DNA from: a virus
Direction: 5' to 3' (one strand)
IMG/VR virus record: IMGVR_UViG_3300027721_000017
DNA: 60,542 nt
Of this stretch, positions 26,326-35,005 are shown piece by piece (position 1 is the first letter of the stretch; each line of letters begins with the position of its first letter). The position numbers were made by a program, and so were the translations under genes. The notes under the pieces were generated by a model. It did no database searches. It saw only the letters and a program-made list of their open reading frames with translations, and had not been told where the DNA came from.

Positions 26326-26578
26326 CTGTGTCTCCCCCGCAGACCGCGCAGGTTCCGATTGCTTGGCCTAGGCTCACGTTCGCCTCAGTTCGGACGACGG
26401 GTTCTTTGGTTCCTGGGTCCAAGTACATCGTAGCATGCCCCTGTATCTCAACGTACGAGGTTTCGATTCGGCGGCCGTCAGCGTACTGTACGACGAACGA
26501 TGTCTTCCGCGGTAGGCGCTTGATTGTGATCTTCTTCACCTTCTCTTCTCCCGCCCCGAGTCGCTTTGTCCGACGCAT
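26303..26578 (-). CDS. Small hypothetical protein (91 aa)
   Basis: Track ORF. Confidence 0.45.
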   Translation of the reverse strand: MRRTKRLGAGEEKVKKITIKRLPRKTSFVVQYADGRRIETSYVEIQGHATMYLDPGTKEPVVRTEANVSLGQAIGTCAVCGGDTDDQHAHA

Positions 26579-26581
26579 ACG

Positions 26582-26935
26582 TCATTCCTCCACCGCAGCG
26601 TACAGGGCCTGCAAGCTGAACGGTTTACTCAGTAACGTCGCCTCGCCGGTATATTTTTCTTTGATCTCCGAGACTTTGAGGACTCCGGACATGATGACGA
26701 CGTGGACGCCTTTGAGGAGGCCTCCTTTTCGAAGAACGTCGAGCATCTCGAGCCCGTCGCTGTTGGGCATGGAGATGTCCGTGATGAGAACCTCGGGGCT
26801 GTGCAGCATGAATCTTGCGACTCCGTCAACACCGTCTTCGGCTTCTAAGACCGTGTAACCACCTCGCTTGCTCAGAGCGTCATGCACCAGCCGTCGGATG
26901 ATTTTGTCGTCGTCGACGACCAAGGCGGTCTTCAC
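26582..26935 (-). CDS. Stand-alone CheY-like response-regulator receiver domain protein (117 aa)
   Basis: All canonical receiver residues are present: VVDDD (acidic pair), LITDISMP (phospho-acceptor Asp), VVIMSG (Ser/Thr), LSKPF (Lys-Pro). GTG start. Confidence 0.8.
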   Translation of the reverse strand: MKTALVVDDDKIIRRLVHDALSKRGGYTVLEAEDGVDGVARFMLHSPEVLITDISMPNSDGLEMLDVLRKGGLLKGVHVVIMSGVLKVSEIKEKYTGEATLLSKPFSLQALYAAVEE

Positions 26936-26970
26936 CCCGCAAGTGTAGGTCCGTACGCCCGTAAAAGGGG

Positions 26971-26990
26971 GTCGTTTTGGGTATAAGCCC
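26971..26990 (+). promoter_or_regulatory. Promoter-like motif GTCGTTTTGGGTATAAGCCC
   Basis: As above. Lies 25 nt before the TTG start at 27012. Confidence 0.45.
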
Positions 26991-27011
26991 CTGCACCCAA
27001 AGGAGGCTGCA

Positions 27012-27272
27012 TTGACGATTCACGTTACGAAGGATGGGACGCCTACCGTGTTCGATGGTCCGAAGGCGGTCAATTTTTTTCGCATGAACGTCCTGCTCCA
27101 GGGGATGAGGACGGAGCTCAAAACCGGGATGAGGATGTCTCGAGGCCCTTCGTGCTTCACTCGCGTGAAGCAGGAGTACGGACTCAAGGGAAACAAGCAG
27201 AAGTTGATTGAGCAGTTCGAGAAGCTGATCGCCGAAGAGAACGAGAAGATGGAGTACAAGCGCGATGCCTAA
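27012..27272 (+). CDS. Small hypothetical protein (86 aa)
   Basis: AAAGGAGG RBS before TTG 27012. GGGTATAAG promoter-like motif 25 nt upstream. Confidence 0.5.
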   Translation: MTIHVTKDGTPTVFDGPKAVNFFRMNVLLQGMRTELKTGMRMSRGPSCFTRVKQEYGLKGNKQKLIEQFEKLIAEENEKMEYKRDA

Positions 27273-27909
27273 CTGGTGCGAGTGTTTACTCAAGGTCACA
27301 GGTCCTGCGAAAGAGATCGCGAAGTTCAAGAAGAAGGCAAAGGGTAAGGGTCCCAACCCCGTCAAGGGAGATAAGACGTTTCCGTTGTCTCTCCACGCCC
27401 TCGTGCCGCAGCCTGCGAAGTTCAAGAAGGAAGGTTCCGACTGGTACAATTGGCGCCTCGCCAACTGGGGCACCAAGTGGGCCGTCGATTCCCGGATCGT
27501 ACAGGAGGACAAGGAGCTGGTGGAGTACGGCTTCGATTCAGCCTGGGCTCCGCCGATGGAGTGGCTCGCTCAGGTTGGCCCGAAGTTCCCGAAGCTTTCT
27601 TTTCGCCTCTGGTACGCCGAAGGCGGCTGCGACTTCGCGGGCGTCTACACGGTGGAAGACGACCACGCGAGCAACGAAGAGAAGGACTTCATCGAAGCGC
27701 AAATAGAGGAACGTGGGAGCTACCAGGTCTGCTGCGGCTACTGCGACAACGAAATGGAGATCACCTCGAAAGACGAAGCACGCATCTGTGAGGAGTGTCT
27801 CCAGCACCGCTGTGACAACTGTGGCAAACAAGACGACGTCCACGTCGACGGGAAGTGCCCCTTCGATTCAACGAAGTTCAAGAACATCTCAGCGGAGAAG
27901 ATCAAATGA
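27265..27909 (+). CDS. DUF1281/YubB (Api92-like ferredoxin-fold) family protein with C-terminal CCHC module
   Basis: MPNWCECLLKV...WYNWRLANWGTKWAVD matches the NWGTKW signature as recalled. C-terminal CDNCGKQDDVHVDGKCPFDSTKF. Confidence 0.6.
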   Translation: MPNWCECLLKVTGPAKEIAKFKKKAKGKGPNPVKGDKTFPLSLHALVPQPAKFKKEGSDWYNWRLANWGTKWAVDSRIVQEDKELVEYGFDSAWAPPMEWLAQVGPKFPKLSFRLWYAEGGCDFAGVYTVEDDHASNEEKDFIEAQIEERGSYQVCCGYCDNEMEITSKDEARICEECLQHRCDNCGKQDDVHVDGKCPFDSTKFKNISAEKIK

Positions 27910-28220
27910 AGAAGGCCTGGGATTCTCATCCGCTCTGTATCGTCTGTCGACAGATACACACGAAGAACGAGGTGTGCTCCTACTGCCTCGGGCATGCGAG
28001 CGTACGAAAAGCTGTCAAGCAAGGAAAGAAGCCGAAGAAGCCGAAGGCGAAGGAGCCAGCTCTGACGCGGGCACAAGAGAAGGCCTACGTGGAGGCGGCT
28101 CAGCGGCAGCACCATGAAGAGGGCACTTGTGAGATCGATGACAACGCCAAGGTGAGTTGGTCACCTGAGGGCGGCGGTGCCTACGTCCAATCCTGGGTGT
28201 GGGTCTACGACGAGGACTGA
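27906..28220 (+). CDS. Small Cys-containing basic protein
   Basis: ATGA overlap at 27906. CIVCRQ...CSYC. Confidence 0.5.
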   Translation: MKKAWDSHPLCIVCRQIHTKNEVCSYCLGHASVRKAVKQGKKPKKPKAKEPALTRAQEKAYVEAAQRQHHEEGTCEIDDNAKVSWSPEGGGAYVQSWVWVYDED

Positions 28221-28838
28221 ATGAAAAACCTAGACAAAGCAGCGCCGCCCCTCGAGCTCCTGCTCAAAGGCGGAGACCCTGAGAAGATCGCTCTGTGGGG
28301 CTGTGGCACGTGCCACATCTCTGCGAGAACAAGAGAAGAAGCCGTCGCCTGCTGCGCTCCTTGGGTCTGCGAAAAGTGCGGCAAGGAGGTCAAGAGCTAC
28401 TGCGAGGACTGCTCGAAGAAGGAGCAGTTCGCCAAGGCACAGGCGCAGTACGACAAGGCCAAGAAGGTGATGCTCTCGGAGTACGCGGGTGACTGGCTGT
28501 GCTGCGATCACTGCGACGAGTACTACCCGGACGTTGATTCGCTCCTCGATGCTCACGATGACGATGAAGAGCCGCGGACTTGGGCGTGGGGGACAATCGA
28601 GCAGCCGTTCACGCTGAACGCCAATGACGTTCTGTGCCAGGAGCTGGAGCAGCAGGAGTTCTACGAAGAAGCGTTCGAGAACATCGATGGCGCTGCCATC
28701 GACCAGATGCAGAACTTCTTCGATGCCTGGCTCAAGAAGCAGGACATGAAGTCGTACATGGTGGACTACAGCGTCGTTGTCGATTTCGAAGCACTCACCA
28801 ACCTACGGAAGAAGGAGCTGGAAGATGCGCCTGACTGA
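28221..28838 (+). CDS. Cys-rich acidic protein (205 aa)
   Basis: Track ORF. Multiple CxxC pairs. Confidence 0.55.
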   Translation: MKNLDKAAPPLELLLKGGDPEKIALWGCGTCHISARTREEAVACCAPWVCEKCGKEVKSYCEDCSKKEQFAKAQAQYDKAKKVMLSEYAGDWLCCDHCDEYYPDVDSLLDAHDDDEEPRTWAWGTIEQPFTLNANDVLCQELEQQEFYEEAFENIDGAAIDQMQNFFDAWLKKQDMKSYMVDYSVVVDFEALTNLRKKELEDAPD

Positions 28839-29073
28839 TGAGGAAGCAGGACGTAAGTTCTTGGCGGACGCCATCAATGAATCTGCGCTTGAGCGCGAAG
28901 CTCTCGAGAAGAAGTGGGGTGAGGTCTGGGACACCAAGCAGGTCCAGCAGGTGTTCAAGATCCACGGATTCTTGGCCCCATTCGTCAGTGTGACCCGGCT
29001 GGCTGATGGGAAGAAGGGGGCGCTGACGTTCCAGCATCTCCCGCGGTACTATTTCTCGTTTCAGCCGGAGTAG
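28825..29073 (+). CDS. Small hypothetical protein
   Basis: Internal ATG 28825 overlaps the upstream gene's stop. Confidence 0.45.
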   Translation: MRLTDEEAGRKFLADAINESALEREALEKKWGEVWDTKQVQQVFKIHGFLAPFVSVTRLADGKKGALTFQHLPRYYFSFQPE

Positions 29074-29409
29074 CTACTTCCTGGTGTCGGCGCCGTACTG
29101 CGCTCCGCTGGTGGCGTAGCCGGTTCCAGCGTCGGGGATTCGTTCGGGGGTCGGCTTCTTCAAGGTTATGAGGAGTTCGTTGGTCTCAGGCGTCCCCGGT
29201 TGCGTCAGGGAGGACCGCTTGACTCCGAAGTGGTGCCGCGCAGCGTCAACTCCAGAACGGTAGGCCTCCACACGCTGCTCCTCGAAGGCGCTACTGGGCT
29301 GGTGCGACGCGCCCATTCCTGAGCTCGTATGTTCTTCTCGAATAACGTTCTTTGGCATGTACGAGGCCCCTTGGGGCTTTGACGCGTCGTTCTCGTAAGC
29401 AGTCTTCAC
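29074..29409 (-). CDS. Hypothetical protein (111 aa)
   Basis: Track ORF. GTG start. Confidence 0.45.
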   Translation of the reverse strand: MKTAYENDASKPQGASYMPKNVIREEHTSSGMGASHQPSSAFEEQRVEAYRSGVDAARHHFGVKRSSLTQPGTPETNELLITLKKPTPERIPDAGTGYATSGAQYGADTRK

Positions 29410-29420
29410 GGGCCCAGTTT

Positions 29421-29436
29421 AGCCTATACTGCCTGC
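29421..29436 (+). promoter_or_regulatory. CCTATACT box 7 nt upstream of ATG 29437
   Basis: agcctatactgcctgcATG. Confidence 0.4.
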
Positions 29437-29895
29437 ATGCACCCACTTGAACAGCACTACGCGGGCGGCAGCGATTACGCCTTGGCCTCCTTCGGGCTTG
29501 AGAAAATTGCCGTCATGTCGCCGGAGCAGGCGAAGGCGTTCATGGCGGCACGCGCAAACAGGCCGACGGGTCTGGCGGCGATCCAAGCCAAATCTACTAC
29601 TCCCATTCTCGGGAGCATCCCTGGCGCCTCCGCTGCGGGAGCAGCAGCCGCACCTGTTGGCGGCCCTGGAATGGCTCCGGGCTTCGGTGGCGGGGGCCTC
29701 CCTTTGGAGGCCCCTCTTGGGTACGGGGAGGCTTCTCTGAAGGGAATCCAGCCAAGCCGCAAACTTCCGACAGCCATGACCGGCGCTGGGAGCATCCCTG
29801 GGCAGGCGGCGCAGGCGGAGATGAGAGCTCGCGCCGTTCCTACTCGGTTCAATCTCCCCGACAAGCTCGCGGCGTTTCTCCTGCCGACCGCCTAG
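29437..29895 (+). CDS. Gly/Ala/Pro-rich hypothetical protein
   Basis: ATG 29437 lies 7 nt after a TATACT box. Confidence 0.5.
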   Translation: MHPLEQHYAGGSDYALASFGLEKIAVMSPEQAKAFMAARANRPTGLAAIQAKSTTPILGSIPGASAAGAAAAPVGGPGMAPGFGGGGLPLEAPLGYGEASLKGIQPSRKLPTAMTGAGSIPGQAAQAEMRARAVPTRFNLPDKLAAFLLPTA

Positions 29896-30098
29896 CTTCG
29901 GTTTTCCCGTCGGGCGGGAAACGTCTTCCTCCCGAAGGTGTCGTTGATTGACGGAGACGGCGGCGGGTTGTTCTTTTTCGCCTCCCGCTCGCCACAAGCC
30001 TGCCAGTCGACGCAGGCGTTGACCGGCGTTCCTTGTTTCAGACGCACCATCAGCTGATCTGTCGCGCCACACCAGGCGCAGGCTTCGCGCTTGCTCAT
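29892..30098 (-). CDS. Small zinc-ribbon protein (CAWCG...CVDWQACG)
   Basis: Track ORF. Confidence 0.4.
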   Translation of the reverse strand: MSKREACAWCGATDQLMVRLKQGTPVNACVDWQACGEREAKKNNPPPSPSINDTFGRKTFPARRENRS

Positions 30099-30118
30099 GG
30101 TGAAGTACTACCTCGACA

Positions 30119-30598
30119 TCAGCGCTTTGCCAAGAGAGGGTTGAGGCGCCCAGGCACCGTCCCCGCAGTCCCTCCCGCGGGGCGAGCAGGGGGCGCTACC
30201 GGCGCAGGAGTTGGGGTCGGAGGAACAGGAGCGCGTCCCGTCAAGGTCTTGTGCACCGTTTCCGCGGGCATGTTCTGCAGCTGTTCCCGGCTGAACGTGA
30301 CGCTGGTTGGTTGTTTCCTGATGAACGTCGGATCGGTCCCCCCAGCGGGGATCGGAGACCGGGCGCTGACGGTGGGGTTTTTCGCGGGGGCGCGCGCGCT
30401 GCTTCCGACACCAAGAGGGTCAATGATCCCTCCACCTTGCTGGAACTCGCGCTCGGCTCGAGCTTTGACCGCGGCGTTGAACTGGTCCGGCGGAAGATGG
30501 CCGTACACCTTCTCGAGTTCGGCGAAGCCCTTGGCGTCGATGGCGAACTTCGCCAGGCAATCCGCCACTCCTTGGTCCCTCGCCAGGTCACGCAACAT
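30119..30598 (-). CDS. Hypothetical protein (start moved to the ATG at 30598)
   Basis: TATACT box 6 nt upstream of ATG 30598. The track start at 30655 would include the promoter motif. Confidence 0.45.
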   Translation of the reverse strand: MLRDLARDQGVADCLAKFAIDAKGFAELEKVYGHLPPDQFNAAVKARAEREFQQGGGIIDPLGVGSSARAPAKNPTVSARSPIPAGGTDPTFIRKQPTSVTFSREQLQNMPAETVHKTLTGRAPVPPTPTPAPVAPPARPAGGTAGTVPGRLNPLLAKR

Positions 30599-30612
30599 GG
30601 TCGAAGTATAGG
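30599..30612 (-). promoter_or_regulatory. Minus-strand CCTATACT box 6 nt upstream of ATG 30598
   Basis: Read on the minus strand: gagcctatacttcgaccATG. The divergent plus-strand GGTACAAGGGGAGAGG lies before ATG 30646. Confidence 0.4.
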
Positions 30613-30645
30613 CTCTCTCGGTGGTACAAGGGGAGAGGAAATCCC

Positions 30646-30900
30646 ATGCCTGCATTCAGACCCCGCAGCAAGCGGGCTTACCGTAAGTCACTGCGAGGCC
30701 TTCGGGTCTCAAAGGAGTCCAAAACAATTTTAGCTGAGATCGCCAACGAGGTTGAGGGGGCCTACTGCGACGCGATGAATGAGCTTCGCTCGGCGGCCCT
30801 TACAACGCTTTTCGCCGTTCGTGACGAGCTCGGTGTTCGTAGCAGTACCCACAAGAAGGTAAGCCGTCTCATCAAGAAGCTACAAGGAGCCAAGAAATGA
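30646..30900 (+). CDS. Small basic protein (84 aa)
   Basis: GGGGAGAGG RBS before ATG. Confidence 0.5.
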   Translation: MPAFRPRSKRAYRKSLRGLRVSKESKTILAEIANEVEGAYCDAMNELRSAALTTLFAVRDELGVRSSTHKKVSRLIKKLQGAKK

Positions 30901-31229
30901 TTCAGGGATTGCAGATCGATGTGCCGTCGGACGAGCTCATCAAGATTCTCCAGGAGCGCTTGGCGCACCACCAGAGCAAGGCGGAGACCTACGAGAAGAA
31001 GGCCAAGGAGTTGGGGGCACAGATCGCCGCCATCGAGGAGGACATGGAGGTCGGTAAGGTGTCCGGCGGGACTCCCGTGGAACAGCTCTCCAAGAAGGCT
31101 CGGGAGCACAAGGATCAGGCCGGGTGGTACGATTTCATGATCAAGCACGTGGTCCAGAAAGACACGTACCGGCTTGAGCAGAAGGACCTCCAGCGGCTGG
31201 GCATCGCCGTCGGCAACCACTACTACTGA
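30897..31229 (+). CDS. Hypothetical coiled-coil protein (110 aa)
   Basis: ATGA overlap. Track ORF. Confidence 0.5.
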   Translation: MIQGLQIDVPSDELIKILQERLAHHQSKAETYEKKAKELGAQIAAIEEDMEVGKVSGGTPVEQLSKKAREHKDQAGWYDFMIKHVVQKDTYRLEQKDLQRLGIAVGNHYY

Positions 31230-31554
31230 GCATCCTGTGAGCATCCTCAAGGAGAAGTTCTTCACGAAAGTGGAGCCGTTTTTCCATTGCTCTCGCATCA
31301 AGAGCGGGGACCTCAAGATCGAAATCGAGACTCCCCCTGAGCCGCTGCTTTCCCGGATGCTCAAGTTCAAGATGAAGTGCATCCGGTGTTCAAAGACGAA
31401 CCAGCCGTTTCGAGTTCGTCAGAAGTCTCCGTTGAGAAAGACCTCGACGGCGAAGCACATCTACTACGCCTGCTCCTGCGGGAATCTTGGCTGTTCCCGA
31501 GGGAACGCAGCACGAGATGAGTACGAAGCGGTCGGCAAGTATTTCAACGTCTAA
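31174..31554 (+). CDS. Cys-rich small protein (start probably internal, ~31241 GTG)
   Basis: Track ORF. CIRCSK...CSCGNLGC. Confidence 0.4.
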   Translation: MSRRTSSGWASPSATTTTEHPVSILKEKFFTKVEPFFHCSRIKSGDLKIEIETPPEPLLSRMLKFKMKCIRCSKTNQPFRVRQKSPLRKTSTAKHIYYACSCGNLGCSRGNAARDEYEAVGKYFNV

Positions 31555-31565
31555 CAAGGAACCCA

Positions 31566-32627
31566 ATGAGCAAGGACGCAATCGAAGTGATCTTCAGTTT
31601 CGACACTACCGGGTCAATGTACCCCTGCCTGACGCAGGTTCGCCGCGAGGTCAAAAAGACAGTGAAGCGTCTCTTCAAGGACGTCCCTGACATCCGGGTG
31701 GGAGTCATCGCGCACGGGGACTATTGTGACGCTGGGTCTACGTACGTCACCAAGCACCTCGACTTCAGCACGGACCAGAAGAAGATCGCCGACTTCATCA
31801 CCAACGTGAAGCCGACGGGCGGCGGTGACGCAGCTGAGTGCTACGAGCTCGTGCTGCACGAGTCCAAGACGTTCAGCTGGTCAGCAGGCAAGAAGAAGGT
31901 TCTCGTACTCATCGGCGATGACGTGCCGCACGGGAAGAACGAGGCGCAGAACACCAAGAAGTTGGACTGGCGCAACGAGCTCAAGCTGCTGCTCGAGGCG
32001 GGTATCCAGGTCTACGGCGTTCAGGCCCTGAACCGGAAGCACGCGACGAAGTTCTACGAGGACATCGCGGAGGAGACGGGCGGCTTCCACCTGGAGCTCG
32101 ACCAGTTCTCCAGCATCACCGACATGATCTTCGCGGTCGCCTACAAGCAGCAGGGAGACGACAAGCTCAAGGAGTTCGAAGAAGAGCTGAAGGCTGACGG
32201 TCGCCTGAACCGTTCGATGCGCCGGAGCTTCAACCGGATGCTCGGGCGCAAGGACGAGGCGGCGTCGAAGAGCAACCTGGACGCTGTTCCGCCAGGTCGC
32301 TTCCAGATGATGAAGGTGGACGACGACACGCCCATCTCGGAGTTCGTTCGCGCCCAGGGCGTCGAGTTCAAGACGGGCCGCGGCTTCTACGAGTTCACCA
32401 AGTCCGTGAAGGTGCAGCACTACAAGGAAGTCATTCTGCAGGATCGCGCGACAGGAGATTTCTACTCGGGCGACAAGGCTCGGGATATCGCTGGCATGCC
32501 CATCGGCGAAGATGCGACGGTGAAGCCCGGGGATCTCGGCGCTTACCGCTGCTTCATCCAGAGCACCTCGAACAACAGGAAGCTTCTCGGCGGTACGCGA
32601 TTCCTGTATGAGGTCTCCGACTACTGA
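31566..32627 (+). CDS. von Willebrand factor type A (vWA) domain protein
   Basis: MIDAS-like DTTGSM. Rossmann-like alternation. VLVLIGDDVPHG. 353 aa. Confidence 0.75.
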   Translation: MSKDAIEVIFSFDTTGSMYPCLTQVRREVKKTVKRLFKDVPDIRVGVIAHGDYCDAGSTYVTKHLDFSTDQKKIADFITNVKPTGGGDAAECYELVLHESKTFSWSAGKKKVLVLIGDDVPHGKNEAQNTKKLDWRNELKLLLEAGIQVYGVQALNRKHATKFYEDIAEETGGFHLELDQFSSITDMIFAVAYKQQGDDKLKEFEEELKADGRLNRSMRRSFNRMLGRKDEAASKSNLDAVPPGRFQMMKVDDDTPISEFVRAQGVEFKTGRGFYEFTKSVKVQHYKEVILQDRATGDFYSGDKARDIAGMPIGEDATVKPGDLGAYRCFIQSTSNNRKLLGGTRFLYEVSDY

Positions 32628-32935
32628 TGCCCAAAGCCATGAAGCTCGCCGCAGACTGCATCCCATGCCCGGATGGCTGCGGCGAGCCGTGGTGTCCTGA
32701 CTGTCAGGTACACTACGCAGACTGTGACTGTCCGGGACCACACTCAGAGGAAAGCATGTCCGACATTCTCGTAGTGACCAGCAAGGTGAAGGCCATCGCC
32801 AAGGCAAAAGACATCCGCACGGGCGAGGAGTTCATCGAGAAGCTCAGCGGTGAGGTTCAGTCGATGGTGGAGGAGGCGATCACCAAGGCTGTCGCCGCTG
32901 GCCGAAAAACGCTGAAGGCTGAAGACCTCGGGTAG
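32627..32935 (+). CDS. Cys-rich small protein (CIPCPDGCGEPWCPDCQ...CDC)
   Basis: TGATG overlap. Track ORF. Confidence 0.5.
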   Translation: MPKAMKLAADCIPCPDGCGEPWCPDCQVHYADCDCPGPHSEESMSDILVVTSKVKAIAKAKDIRTGEEFIEKLSGEVQSMVEEAITKAVAAGRKTLKAEDLG

Positions 32936-32940
32936 AGGTT

Positions 32941-33013
32941 TGGGGACTAGCTCAATTGGTAGAGCGCGCGGCTCTGACCCGCGAGGTTTCAGGTTCAAGC
33001 CCTGAGTCCCCAG
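32941..33013 (+). tRNA. tRNA-Gln (CTG anticodon)
   Basis: Acceptor tggggac/gtcccca. D-arm tagctcaattggtagagc. Anticodon stem-loop cgcgg-ctCTGac-ccgcg. T-arm tcaggTTCAAGCcctga. Confidence 0.8.
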
Positions 33014-33024
33014 TTGGTAGCACT

Positions 33025-33098
33025 GGGATCGTAGGCGAGCGGTCTAAGCCACCGACCTTTTAAGTCGATGATCGTGGGTTCGAATCCCACCGGTCCCA
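33025..33098 (+). tRNA. tRNA-Lys (TTT anticodon)
   Basis: Acceptor gggatcg/cggtccc (one G-U). Anticodon loop ctTTTaa. T-arm gtgggTTCGAATcccac. Confidence 0.7.
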
Positions 33099-33099
33099 C

Positions 33100-33171
33100 A
33101 GACGCGTAGCTCAGGGGTAGAGCGGCTGCCTTACACGCAGCGGGTCGGGGGTTCGAAGCCCTCCGCGTCTA
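33100..33171 (+). tRNA. tRNA-Val (TAC anticodon)
   Basis: Acceptor agacgcg/cgcgtct. D-arm tagctcaggggtagagc. Anticodon stem-loop gctgc-ctTACac-gcagc. T-arm gggggTTCGAAGccctc. Confidence 0.8.
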
Positions 33172-33172
33172 C

Positions 33173-33487
33173 ATGAAAAAGAGAGCATCTCCGCAACAGA
33201 TTTTCGCCGCCAAGCTGCGCGCAGCTGATGAAGCGTATGTACGGAAACACCGGAAGCCTTGCCAAGGGGTATTTATCGTTCCCCCGAGAGACAAGGTCTA
33301 CTCGTACCTGTCGAAGAAGTTCGACATTCCCTTTGGAGACGTTGGTTACTACTTCACGTATTCACGTTCATGCACACATGAGTGGAACGAGGGCGCTTGT
33401 TCGTTGTGCCCTGTTCCCGCGTGTTGTACAGGATCCCCATGCGCCCAGACACCAAACAAGTTATCATCGAAACGTCAATCGCGATGA
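33173..33487 (+). CDS. Hypothetical Cys-rich protein lying between tRNA genes (weak)
   Basis: Track ORF only. Confidence 0.3.
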   Translation: MKKRASPQQIFAAKLRAADEAYVRKHRKPCQGVFIVPPRDKVYSYLSKKFDIPFGDVGYYFTYSRSCTHEWNEGACSLCPVPACCTGSPCAQTPNKLSSKRQSR

Positions 33488-33537
33488 TCCCCGTCATCTT
33501 CGTAATTCTGTTGATGTTGTTCTGACCTCGTAGCATC

Positions 33538-33609
33538 GCGGGCATAACTCAGGGGTAGAGTCACAGCCTTCCAAGCTGTTGGTCGTGGGTTCGAATCCCA
33601 CTGCCCGCT
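33538..33609 (+). tRNA. tRNA-Gly (TCC anticodon)
   Basis: Acceptor gcgggca/tgcccgc. D-arm taactcaggggtagagt. Anticodon stem-loop acagc-ctTCCaa-gctgt. T-arm gtgggTTCGAATcccac. Confidence 0.85.
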
Positions 33610-33615
33610 CTCGCA

Positions 33616-33687
33616 GGCCCCATCGACTAAGGGCTAGGTCGCCACCCTTTCAAGGTGTGAATCCGGGTTCGAATCCCGGTGGGGTCA
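33616..33687 (+). tRNA. tRNA-Glu (TTC anticodon)
   Basis: Acceptor ggcccca/tggggtc (one G-U). Anticodon loop ctTTCaa. T-arm ccgggTTCGAATcccgg. Confidence 0.75.
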
Positions 33688-33806
33688 CATGTCCGAATGT
33701 CCGAAGCACAAGCACCTCACTGACAAACAGATCCAAGCGATAACGGAGACCGAGGCCGCGGTGTGCGCCTGGCTCTGGGTTCGCTGGTGGATCCTTCGAG
33801 GAACAA

Positions 33807-34082
33807 ATGGCTAGAAAAAGTAATCGGTACCGGATGGGCTACAGCGATGGCTCAGGATCCGACGACACGATTTACGACGTAACGCTGGACAAGCCCATCG
33901 CCGTTGTGACGTGGGGCTGCTCTTGCTGCGCGTGTCCTCAGCCAGGTGACACTGAGCGAGGGCAGTTGATCGTTGATGCGTTGAACGCTTACAAACCAAA
34001 GGAGCAGCCATGGCTGAAGAAAAGAAGGACCCCTTCAAAGGGAAGTCGATCTCTGCGACGAAAGGCGGCAAGATCAAAGTAA
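33807..34082 (+). CDS. Small Cys-containing protein (WGCSCCACPQPGD)
   Basis: Track ORF. Overlaps the next gene. Confidence 0.4.
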   Translation: MARKSNRYRMGYSDGSGSDDTIYDVTLDKPIAVVTWGCSCCACPQPGDTERGQLIVDALNAYKPKEQPWLKKRRTPSKGSRSLRRKAARSK

Positions 34083-34303
34083 CGCCGACTCTCAAAGAAA
34101 CGAAGATGGCGCTGGAGGGTTTTATCGCTGAGCAGCCACGTTACAAGGCGCCCAAGCCGATGAACTTCACGCAAATGCCAGCAACCTGCGTGTGTGGCAA
34201 ATCTCTGACGCTGACGCTCCAAGAGCCCCACTACCAACACATCGCGTGGAGCTGCTTTTGTACGAGCTGCCGCTGGCGGGTCACGGTGAGTCTGACGCGA
34301 TGA
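34010..34303 (+). CDS. Small Cys-containing protein (97 aa)
   Basis: Strong RBS AAAGGAGCAGCC before ATG 34010. Confidence 0.5.
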   Translation: MAEEKKDPFKGKSISATKGGKIKVTPTLKETKMALEGFIAEQPRYKAPKPMNFTQMPATCVCGKSLTLTLQEPHYQHIAWSCFCTSCRWRVTVSLTR

Positions 34304-34518
34304 GCACCACGTACGCCATCTACAAGATGTACCGCCCGGATCCGGAGTACTGGGACGGGCCCTACAAGACGCTGAAAGCCGCGTTGGCGGACTTCAAGAA
34401 GAGCTACACCAACCCCGCGACTGAGCCGCAAGACTTCGCCATCTTCAAGATCATCACAACAAGGGTGAAAACAAAATGGGTGACAAGAAAATCAAAGCCA
34501 CGTCGCGCGTCACGGTGA
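34300..34518 (+). CDS. Small hypothetical protein (MSTTYAIYKMYRPDPEYW...)
   Basis: ATGA overlap at 34300. Confidence 0.45.
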   Translation: MSTTYAIYKMYRPDPEYWDGPYKTLKAALADFKKSYTNPATEPQDFAIFKIITTRVKTKWVTRKSKPRRASR

Positions 34519-34718
34519 CGGTGGAGATCGACACCGGCGGAAGCTGGGGAGCCGACTGCACGGTGGAGCAGGTGCAGAAACAAGCCGCGGACTCAGCGCG
34601 GGCCGCCCTCATGAAAGGGCTCGTCTTGGACCTCAACTCGATGGGCAAGGACACCAAGACGACGGCTCGCATTGTGGGAGAGCCGAAGATTCTCGCCATC
34701 CTGGTCGAGGAGGCGTGA
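34476..34718 (+). CDS. Small hypothetical protein (80 aa)
   Basis: Track ORF. Confidence 0.45.
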   Translation: MGDKKIKATSRVTVTVEIDTGGSWGADCTVEQVQKQAADSARAALMKGLVLDLNSMGKDTKTTARIVGEPKILAILVEEA

Positions 34719-35005
34719 TGGCCAAGAAAAAGAAAGAGCTGAGTATCAACGAACGCTGGGAGCAGGGGGTGGCGCACGACCCCCGTTCCACCGCTCTCTA
34801 CAAGGGTATCGCCGACATCGACTTCAAAGAGGGCGGTGACTACTTCTGCTTCAAGTCCGGCGGAGACGGGGACAACGGCGAGCACCTGATGTACCTGCTC
34901 GACATCTACTTCGAGCGCAAGGACAAGACCATCGTCGTCGTCAAGGAGGAAGCTACCTACGCGGAGATGCACGACACCCTAGAGATTATCGGGAGGATCA
35001 AATGA
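34715..35005 (+). CDS. Hypothetical protein (96 aa)
   Basis: GTGATGG overlap. Track ORF. Confidence 0.5.
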   Translation: MMAKKKKELSINERWEQGVAHDPRSTALYKGIADIDFKEGGDYFCFKSGGDGDNGEHLMYLLDIYFERKDKTIVVVKEEATYAEMHDTLEIIGRIK

